Origin: Mayamaea pseudoterrestris
Lineage: Eukaryota
Reading direction: 5' to 3'
NCBI GenBank assembly: GCA_027923505.1
Contig: BROI01000017.1
Location: forward strand, 62,001-126,000
Length of the DNA stretch: 64,000 bases
The position numbers were made by a program, and so were the translations under genes. The notes under the pieces were generated by a model. It was not told the DNA's origin. It saw nothing but the letters and a program-made list of their open reading frames with translations, and ran no database searches. How positions within the stretch are numbered: position 1 is the stretch's first letter; each line of letters starts with the position of its first letter. Shown one piece after another: positions 55,623-64,000 of the stretch.

Positions 55623-56366
55623 ATGGTAAAGAATACAATAGCATCAAAGCCGAGCCAAGCGTCAGTCTCCTCGACAACAATCGCTCTTTCCGCCAAGAGG
55701 AAGAATACCATGCCGCGTCCTCAAACGTCGCCCTTTCCATTGACACTCTTCTCCAACACTCACAAGGCTCCGGAAAAGTACAAGACCATCCTTCAAGACT
55801 ACATTTGGACCGTCAATGACGTTCTTTCGCCAACGGAATGTCGGAATTGGATCGAACACATGGAAAAAGAGTCGCATTTGATGCAACACAACAAGCAACG
55901 AGCGACTCGCTACATGGCACACCGCGAGTGTTTCGAGCTACGCAAGGACGACCCCGACGTTGCACAAAAGATCTTTGAGCGCTTTCCAGCGTCGCTGCTG
56001 CAGATACTGCCACTCGAAACACCTGCGCTTGGCTGCAATCCAAACATTCGACTCTACAAGTATATTCCGGGACACAAGTTTGGCATGCATGTGGATGTCA
56101 CTGACACTGTTCCGCCGCTTAAAGGAAGCAACGGTAACCCAACCTATACGCGCGTCACGGTACTGATTTATCTTTCGGAATGCAAGGGCGGAGCAACGCG
56201 GTTCGAACGTCCGCATGGCAGCAGCGGCAAGGATATAGTCTACGTTCCAAAGATTGGAAGTATGCTGCTTCATTTGCATGGCGATGACTGCTTGCCGCAT
56301 GCAGGTGATCTTGTGGAAAAGGGAATCAAATATGTGTTTCGGACGGATTTAGTGTTTAGCGAGTAA
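55623..56366 (+). CDS. 2OG-Fe(II) oxygenase (prolyl-4-hydroxylase-like); start uncertain
   Basis: NPNIRLYKY, FGMHVD, TVLIYL, GGATRF, HAGDLV..GIKYVFRTD. Confidence 0.88.
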   Translation: MVKNTIASKPSQASVSSTTIALSAKRKNTMPRPQTSPFPLTLFSNTHKAPEKYKTILQDYIWTVNDVLSPTECRNWIEHMEKESHLMQHNKQRATRYMAHRECFELRKDDPDVAQKIFERFPASLLQILPLETPALGCNPNIRLYKYIPGHKFGMHVDVTDTVPPLKGSNGNPTYTRVTVLIYLSECKGGATRFERPHGSSGKDIVYVPKIGSMLLHLHGDDCLPHAGDLVEKGIKYVFRTDLVFSE

Positions 56367-56836
56367 ATGAACAGATGCATGAATGAGTGAATGAATGCGG
56401 AGTTCGTCATGAATGTGGGTTATGCTCATTAGTTGCGGCGCTGATGGGCCTACTTTTGTATTGTAACATGACATATGCGCCATCTGCGCGTGTCAAGGCT
56501 TGGTTTTCTCGTGAATATAGCTCTGGAGGCAGCATGGCAATTTGGGTTTGCATCGGAAATGAACGATACTTCTACCAATTGTAAGAAAGACTGGCACAGA
56601 AGATATACACGCTTGTAATGTATATTGTAATTGTTTTATAAAATGAAGATGTAATTGCGTCGTCTTCCAATGAGGATTGCGACCAACAGGCGGAACAAAA
56701 GCAAACATTTGCTCGCCGCCTGGACAGTATGCAATATATTATGAAGTAAATGCAAGGAGCAACTATGCATAGTGCAAAGCTGCAGACTTGAAAGGGCGCT
56801 TGTTCGTCGATAAGCAGCCTGGGCCAAAGGTGTCGC

Positions 56837-58732
56837 CTAGGTAGGGCGTTGCTCATGCGCAACCAAGCCTTCGCGCTTCTCCTTCTCCAATCCCAAAAGT
56901 GACTCGTTGACAATTGCTTCCGTTTCCACCAATCCGTCATCATCGTCTCCGTCTTCATAACCGTCCGACGATGATGCCCAGGAGCTAGATGCCGTCGCTG
57001 TACTCGCATCGTCCAAAAGCTTCAATGGCGGCACAACGTAGGCAGGCAGTTGCGACGCCGTCAAATGATTAAGAGACATGTCCATGCTCGACGTTCGCTT
57101 CTCCCATGCATAGACCTGATGGCAAAAGTCGGACGTAAGTAGGCGAATGTCGGTCTGCTCCGTGCCCCGAGCGAAGCGTAGGGCCATGTAAAAGGTGGAT
57201 TCAAAATCATCCTCGTCCTCGCAATCAGTCTTGACGTCCGCCAACAAGCCTTGCTGCTGCTGCTGCTGCTGCTGCTCCGACGCCACGACGCTGGACGTAG
57301 CACTCACTGTAGTAGTGGTAGTCACTTGCGTCACCATGCTTCGCGGCTTGTGAAAGAGCTTGCCAAACGGCCAAACATGAAGCTCCGGCGTTTCAAGGCT
57401 GCCAATCAAAAGGCGCAGTCGCGACTCGACCAAGCGCAACCACTCGACATGCTCCTGCTGCGTCTTGCTAGTAATCTTGACCTGCAAGTAGTGCGAGTGA
57501 CTCGCAAAGAAGTCAGACGGCCGCAGCAAACGCAAAAAGCAATTGCGCTTGGACTTGTGAGTTGTGACCACCCAATTGGCCGCCAGTACAAACTCGTTTC
57601 TCATCTGCCGCAGCTGCGGAACGTCCACATTGTAGGCAGAATTCATGGAGGGATAGGCCGGCGTAATGATTGGCATGATTTGAAGGCCATCGCGTCGACT
57701 GACGAGTGGATTCCAACCAGCGAGTTGCAGACTGCAGCTGGACGGTCGCACCAATTGCAGCTCACCAATAATGACTGGTTCCGGCCACTTCCACGAGGCA
57801 AAGGTAATGAAGAAGCACTCGAGTAGTGCCACTGGATCGTTGGCAATCGTTGGATTGTGAATGCAAACGTAGGCTACCATAATGGCGTAGTTGATGCCTC
57901 CAAGAAAGCCCAATACGTTGCTGTAAATGCCCTTGGCCATGGCCCACTCCTTGACAGCCGCCAAGACGATGCGAAAGGTTGGTAAATGAGGTGACACCTT
58001 TTCCAAAATCATTTGACTGACGCGAGCGCCGTTCAGTGACCGCACGCCAGCTTCATCCTGGTCCGCCAAGTCGGCGTCATGAATCAAGTATTCGTCCGAC
58101 CGATGGTCGTTGAAACACTTCTCGTTCGAGTTGACGAGCAGCAGCGGATTCGGTCGCTTCAATTGATACTGCTGCATGGCAGCAGAGTGTCCCTTGGCAA
58201 AGAGCAAGTCTATCGAAATTCCGTAGAGAGTAAACTTAATGACGGGAGTGTATGCCGTTGGAATGGGGTGCACCTGCCGAATGATGGCGTCAGACTGCTG
58301 CTGCAGTAGTTGCACGAGCGAGCCGAAAAAGTCGTCGCGACTGCAATGAGCGGGCGCTAGTACCAGCAAGTCAAGGTCCGAGCAAGGCCGATGGACGCCC
58401 AAGCGGTATGACCCAAAGGTAATTAGAATCGGTCGAGGTCGCTGCCAATTGTTGACCATGACTGCAGGAGCACGCGCCTTCTTTTTGCATGGCGACGCAG
58501 AGTCTTCGTCGTCCTCGTTGTCGCTTCGTTTACTGCTGCTAGTAGAGCTTCCAGTATGACTCTCATTGCTGCATGCAAATGACCATTTCGCAAGGATGCG
58601 TTCCAACCAGTCGAGCGCCTTGATTCGAAGCGAATCATTCTCCTCCATACATTTTAGTTCCGTCAGAGTTTCGCGTAAAGAGTCGTTGGCATTCAGGCGG
58701 CGTCCATGTAGCTGCTGCTGCTGCTGACTCAT
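56837..58732 (-). CDS. Canonical nuclear poly(A) polymerase
   Basis: FGSYRLGVH..SDLDLL, IDLLFA, RSLNGARV, GIYSNVLGFLGG, MPIITPAYPSMNS, VESRLR. Confidence 0.94.
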   Translation of the reverse strand: MSQQQQQLHGRRLNANDSLRETLTELKCMEENDSLRIKALDWLERILAKWSFACSNESHTGSSTSSSKRSDNEDDEDSASPCKKKARAPAVMVNNWQRPRPILITFGSYRLGVHRPCSDLDLLVLAPAHCSRDDFFGSLVQLLQQQSDAIIRQVHPIPTAYTPVIKFTLYGISIDLLFAKGHSAAMQQYQLKRPNPLLLVNSNEKCFNDHRSDEYLIHDADLADQDEAGVRSLNGARVSQMILEKVSPHLPTFRIVLAAVKEWAMAKGIYSNVLGFLGGINYAIMVAYVCIHNPTIANDPVALLECFFITFASWKWPEPVIIGELQLVRPSSCSLQLAGWNPLVSRRDGLQIMPIITPAYPSMNSAYNVDVPQLRQMRNEFVLAANWVVTTHKSKRNCFLRLLRPSDFFASHSHYLQVKITSKTQQEHVEWLRLVESRLRLLIGSLETPELHVWPFGKLFHKPRSMVTQVTTTTTVSATSSVVASEQQQQQQQQGLLADVKTDCEDEDDFESTFYMALRFARGTEQTDIRLLTSDFCHQVYAWEKRTSSMDMSLNHLTASQLPAYVVPPLKLLDDASTATASSSWASSSDGYEDGDDDDGLVETEAIVNESLLGLEKEKREGLVAHEQRPT

Positions 58733-59563
58733 GTTTATCTTGCTTTGATTGGATCGAAATCTTCGAAGGCTCCGGCGGCTCGGGAGTTTTGTTGCGGTAG
58801 AAGCAGTTGCTTGCGAAATGAGCGTGGAAGACTGCGCGAGCTTGTCGTGCATCTCTCGAAGGCTGGTCTATGGGAGCAACGTTTTCGATGCTATAGAACG
58901 TTGCGAATCGAACTATACTGCTTGCTATTCTGATATGATAAAGTTTAACAGACCCAAGGCGATTGCTATGAGCGAAGAAGGTGTGGGAGGAAAGTGTGAA
59001 TCGATCGTTACTCGTTCGCGAAAGGACGCGACGAGGAAGCGTGCGGAAGCGGTGAGGCAGATCAGTCGTGTGAGTGGCATTTTGCGTTCCGACTAGATCG
59101 TGAAAAAGAACGTGAAGAATTAATTCGGAACCACTTTTGCTATTGCCTTTAGCCAGGCTCTAATTGGGGAGGCGTCTAGAGCAGCCCCAATTTACGTTGA
59201 AGCTGTTTTATGCATTCTATGTTTCTTATTTAGTACAATCTATAGCTACAGAATATACCCAGTGTAGGTTGAATAGTGGAAAACACTCATCAACGATCAT
59301 GATGACTCTGAAACATGACGTGCTTGCCCGAATGGCCTTGTTCGGGCTATTCCAAGCACATTCCGCATGACTATGATATATTCTTTTTAGTCGGAGAATG
59401 TCCATCACCCGGAAAGGATCCGGATCCGCGCCTCAACCTCGCCTCACTTGACACCACACATCGCTCGTCGATCAGTTTCGTTCCATCGAAAGTGACCCAA
59501 TCAAGTCGACCAACCAAACAACTCGTCTCCTTCCACTTACATTCTACTTTCATCTACATTACA

Positions 59564-59851
59564 ATGTCAGAAGACAAGAAATCCAAGAAGGACAAGATCA
59601 AAAAGTCGGGCGTCCGCACCAAGTTTCTCATCGAGTCACTCCGAAACGACTACTACGCGTTGCGCGAGGAGAATGACCGCCTTCGTCAAATGGTCACGGA
59701 GAATCTAGCGGAGGATGCCGCCAAGGCGATACTGGCCGATTGCTTTGATCCAAACGCGCCTCGCGCCAAGGTGGATAACATTGATGATCTCGCCATGCAG
59801 GGAGCGGAAGATGACGCGGAGGACGGCGATGACTCGGATGTTGGATTCTAA
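59564..59851 (+). CDS. 95-aa bZIP-like protein with an aureochrome-type zipper and degenerate basic region
   Basis: KKSGVRTKFLIESLRNDYYALREENDRLRQMVTENL resembles the stramenopile bZIP motif HAKRSRxRKKFLLESL..LxxEN..L; acidic tail. Confidence 0.7.
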   Translation: MSEDKKSKKDKIKKSGVRTKFLIESLRNDYYALREENDRLRQMVTENLAEDAAKAILADCFDPNAPRAKVDNIDDLAMQGAEDDAEDGDDSDVGF

Positions 59852-60430
59852 TCAACACGTGACAGGTACGACTAAACGGACATGAAAGTCACTCGGTAAA
59901 AGCACTTTCTGTTATACATGTCAATCAAGTGATTACGTTAAAGCCATCACACTAGCAATAGCAATAAAGTCACCTCATTGGTCTTGTTTGTTCTTTTAGA
60001 ATCTTTGTAGATTCAGTGTCGCGTGTCGCAGCATTATACGATTATGATGCAGATTGCAATTGTAATGTTCGCGTCGCGCATGGCAGATGCATCTGCATTA
60101 TAAAATAACAATGTGCTACTTTCGTGTGTGCAGCCATCTCCTTGCGGTTTAAGAGCTGTAGCTATCATAAACAATGTATAGGAAAGTAGAATTTAAATGC
60201 TATTGACTGCCTGGTGAACGAACAGAGCAGTTGTAATAAAAGGAAACAACGATTTCAACAACGATCGACGCTACATGTATTCCCTGTACCAGCACGATCT
60301 GCCTCGACGGCCCTTGTCACTCGAAACATGGAAGAATTTTGGAACAAGATTGCTGTGACGCGACAATTAGTGTACTCGCCCGTCAACATGCATGTCCGGT
60401 ACTGTATCAGCTATCATTATGCCTTGCGCA

Positions 60431-61346
60431 TCATATATTGTAATCTCGCTGCGGCCCTCGAATATCAGCCTCCGGAACATCCGAATAGCCGCCGCCAAAT
60501 CCCTTTCGCGACGAACGTTGTGGCACGTCGAACAGTTCCAAACCACTGGTTGGCAACTGCTGGTTTCGCTGCCGCGTGTTATGATGCGACAAGAGTCCTG
60601 CCGCGACAAAGACGGCGAGCAGCAGTCCAACGCCAAGACCAAAGCCTCCGCTGCTGCCGGATGCAGCGGGTTGCTCGACGGTGCGAGTGGAAGCCGCAGT
60701 GACGGAAGCAGTGTCGTCGTCATCCACGGCGCGCGCCGGAGTATCGCCATCGCCATGTCTGCTCGGAGTATGACTGTTACTGCTGCTGCTACTGCTGGTT
60801 TTTGTGGTCGTAGCGGTGGACGTCTGCTTGGAAGCAGAAGGTGCAGCGTCAATGGGTGCAGGCTGCACCAATCGAGGCTCATGGTAGCCCGTATTTTCGT
60901 AGGGCGTGTAGTCTAGCTCCAGCTGCTGCTTTAGCGTGGGTCTCACTGTTGGATATGGAGTCGTCGTCGGATACCAAGTCGTCGTTGGACGCCAAGTAGT
61001 GGTAGGCTGTCTGTATTGTCCATGCAGCGAGTGAATCCAGTAGTGAGAGACAAACAACTAATGATTCATTGGAACTCCACACACACACAAACAATTATAT
61101 ACTACAATATATCGATCATAAAACAATCCCGTTTGCATGAGCTTACATGGTAGGTGATGGCTCCTCCAATCGTCTACCGGTAGATGGAGACGGAGCAATG
61201 ATCAAGTTGTTGCGTTTCTCGATTGACACTCGTGGATCATTCGACGTACGAGAAAGTGTAGATTCCATCGCATCATTCACTGTCAAGCAGCAACATGCAG
61301 TCGCCATTGACGAAAGCAGCGCCAGTCGTATCCTTGTCATTCTCAT
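60431..61346 (-). CDS. Single-pass cell-surface protein with PT repeats; exons 61346-61147 and 61010-60431
   Basis: Signal peptide, RRL site, PTTTW/PTTTP repeats, TM segment FGLGVGLLLAVFVAAGLL. Intron 61011-61146 is in frame. Confidence 0.75.
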
Positions 61347-61410
61347 GGTGCAAATGATGGTGATGATGGATTGACCGGCTGATGATGTTGGCCATGGTCG
61401 ACAGTTTCTG

Positions 61411-61627
61411 GTGACGTAGTTTTCACTGGCACTCGTTTCGTACTAATGCCTGAATGACGTAGTTTTCACTGGCACCCGTTTCGTAATATTGCCTTGTGAC
61501 GTAATTGACACTGGCACCCGTTTCGTAATATTGCCGTATGACGTAATTGACACTGGCACTCGTTTCATAATATTGCCTCATGACGCAGTTTTCACTGGCA
61601 CTCGTTTACACTATTGCCTTGTGACGT
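61411..61627 (-). repeat. 42-bp unit array, 5 copies, reverse orientation
   Basis: TGACGTAGTTTTCACTGGCAC.. and TGACGTAATTGACACTGGCAC.. units between the divergent PT-repeat gene and SNF7. Confidence 0.95.
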
Positions 61628-61819
61628 GGGCTTGACGTCGCCTTCCCTCCACGCGAAAATCGCCGGTGCGACCGTTGTCTTGTTCCGCGTGATGCGACAA
61701 TGGACTCGTTGTGAAGGAGACGAAGCGGTTCCTTCCTTCTTGATAGAATATATAGTTATAGCGTTTACTATTATCAGCTTGCGTACGCATACGCAAAATC
61801 GCCTCGTTACATAGCCAGC

Positions 61820-62715
61820 ATGTGGAACGTGTTTGGAAAGAAAAAGGCTCCGGAACCGTCGACCGTCTCTGCTACCTCGGTCGTTCGAACGTCGGACCCT
61901 CAAGTTACCATTGTCAAGCTTCGCGAAACCATTTCCAATCAAGAAAAGCGGTGAGTAAGATGGTGCTTGTATGGAGAATGATTGGCTGTGATTTAATTGC
62001 TGCAACTCACGCGCTTGCTTGCACTCTAACGTCCCTCGTCCCTCGCCCCAACAGAGAGGAGCATATTCAGCGCAAGATTGATACAGTCGTCGTGGAAGCC
62101 AAAGCGAAAATGGCCAAGGGAGACAAGAAAGGTACGAAAGGAAAGAATCATGAAAATGCAGCATGGATGCTTTACTTTACTGCCTATAATATTTGCGCGT
62201 TTGACGGACGAGACGACGAGACTGACTCTTGATCATGCAATCTCTGTACAGGCGCTCTTGCATGCATGAAGCGCAAGAAAATGTTTGAAGCCGAGTATGA
62301 CAAGATTCAAAACATCAAAATGACATTGGAGACGCAGGTGATTGGTTTGGAGTCGGCGGCACAGAATGCCGAAACCTTTAAAGCCATGGCGCAGGGAACG
62401 AGTGCCATGCAAAAGATTAGAACCGAAATTGATGTTGATCAAGCAGAAGACATTATGGAAGGCGTACGAGAGGAGATGGAGCTGGCGGGCGAGATTAATC
62501 TTGCCATTTCGGGAGCGGTTGACATGACAGATGAGGACGAGCTCATGGCGGAACTCAATGCGTTGGAGACGGCCGACCTGGAGGCTGAGCTACTTGCGCC
62601 ACCAATGACTGGTTTGGAAACGCTACCGACGGTACCCGATTCGAAGATGCCAAAACTTGCAAAGAAGGAGGAGGATGACATGAAGGCGTTGGAAGCGGAG
62701 TTGGCCGCGTTGTAG
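61820..62715 (+). CDS. SNF7: ESCRT-III Snf7/Vps32 (CHMP4); exons 61820-61950, 62055-62131, 62252-62715
   Basis: MWNVFGKKK, TIVKLRETI..QEKR|EEHIQRKI..GDKK|GALACMKRKK..TLETQ, DEDELMAEL. Two GT-AG introns in frame. Confidence 0.92.
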
Positions 62716-62925
62716 ATGGACGACACTTGGTTGAAGTGACGCGAGTACGAGACGATCGGATGAGATTGAAACGGAATTGCTGCGTTTTGTAGACCATAGT
62801 ATGATTAATTTGACCTTTTTATTATTATAAAAAGTCAAGTCTAATGATTTATTATATACATTTCACGTCTCAAGAGTCTACGCTCGGCAAAGAAATTCGA
62901 TCCACTCCACGCCATTCACGCTGGC

Positions 62926-63860
62926 TCACGCCACGTATCCCTCATCCGCCAGCAGCACTTGCGCCATATTGCCTGGTGGACCATTATCTTGACTCCGCCA
63001 ATGGCTATTGTCATTGACAGCAGCAGATTCGTGGATAATCCCCAAATATGGATGCCAGGTCGCATGTACTTTGCGCGGAAGCAGCATGCTGGCGGCAATC
63101 CGCGACAGTTCAAACTGCGACGGCACAAACGGCGGCCGGGAAAGCTTCATGCCGACGCGCGAAATCTCCTTGAGCGTCAATGAACCTTTGCGTCCGTTGC
63201 AAATTTTGCAGCAGGCGACGCTGTTCTCCCAGTTCAAGCGTCCACCAAGGCATCGAGGCAAAACATGATCCAGCGAAAGATCCTTGCTATTGAATTGAAC
63301 GTTGCAGTATTGGCAGCGATACTCGTCTCGCAAAAAGACGTTTCGTTTCGTAAACGCCGGCGAATGCTTGTGCAAATATTTTTGCGTTGGAACATAGTCG
63401 CGCAAGGCAATCACCGAGGGAAGTCGCACGGCAACGTTGGCGGATCGAATGGTGATATTCGGATAAACGTCCACGACAGTCACCTTTTCCGCGAATACAG
63501 CCTTGACTGCTTCCTGCCAGTGCCAGAGACTCAGTGGCAAATATGACATTGGTTGGTAGTCGGCGTTCAATACCAAAACGGTGCGGCCGTCGAGGCTCTG
63601 CGTACAAGAGGTGCTTGAGGCAGCCGCTCCGCTGTAGTCCCCCTCCATTTTCATCTTTCGAAACAAATTGGAAGATCCGCGCAGATATTGCGAAACATGA
63701 AAGTCGGAAAATCCTTCTTCCGATGGATTTGCTGCATTGGATGAATCGACCCATTTCTTTTTGTTCTTTGGCCCATTCTTCTTTTTGGATCGAGGAGGCA
63801 ACGACGTAGACGGACGCTTACCGGAAGCTTGATTTGATTCATCATCTGTATTAATTGCTG
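62926..63860 (-). CDS. HNH endonuclease (McrA-like); true start probably in an upstream exon near or beyond the window end
   Basis: VLVLNADYQPMSYLPLSLWHWQEAVKAVF, PSVIAL, FTKRNVFLRDEYRCQYC, DHVLPR..GG...WEN..ACC..CN.RKG. The track start is TTG; a pyrimidine tract and AG near 63870 suggest an intron. Confidence 0.88.
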
Positions 63861-64000
63861 ATTGAGCTGCTTGAACAACAAGAGTAAGAAATAACTTGAG
63901 TTAACTCAATGTGCCTGGCGTCGGAATTGTTTCGAATGCAATTCAGTAGTGAAACGTACCAAGCAATTTCAATGTAGCGTCTCGCGGAGAGCTATGAGAC

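Overview
Gene-dense eukaryotic nuclear DNA, almost certainly from a diatom. This rests on short GT-AG introns, bipartite plastid-targeting presequences, an aureochrome-like zipper and a CoDi-type copia element; the species cannot be fixed from sequence alone. About 27 host genes are recognisable, including gamma-glutamyl hydrolase, TatD, transketolase, an LRR membrane protein, an MDR oxidoreductase, an LRR-kinase, STRAP, CPP1-like, a SNARE, TAF11, importin alpha, a START protein, PMS2, METTL21-like, a plastid aspartyl protease, FANCM, adrenodoxin, a 2OG oxygenase, poly(A) polymerase, SNF7 and an HNH nuclease. There are also three pseudogene-like loci. The most striking object is an intact Ty1/copia retrotransposon (31256-36956; 195-bp LTRs identical by eye; CCATT target-site duplication). 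Its primer-binding site lacks a tRNA-type TGG and is the exact 12-nt reverse complement of a segment in its own LTR, which suggests Tf1-like self-priming in a copia element. Its gag and pol are separated only by an in-frame UGA followed by a long stem-loop, which suggests readthrough. Other notable items: four arrays of a 42-bp TGACG-containing unit found only between divergent gene pairs; a 17-copy 169-bp satellite with a 25-bp palindrome showing compensatory changes and a 1016-bp higher-order duplication; a second ~174-bp satellite; a ~180-bp dispersed element split by the copia insertion; and a 95-aa aureochrome-like bZIP lacking the DNA-binding residues and LOV domain. All calls are by eye with no database searches.
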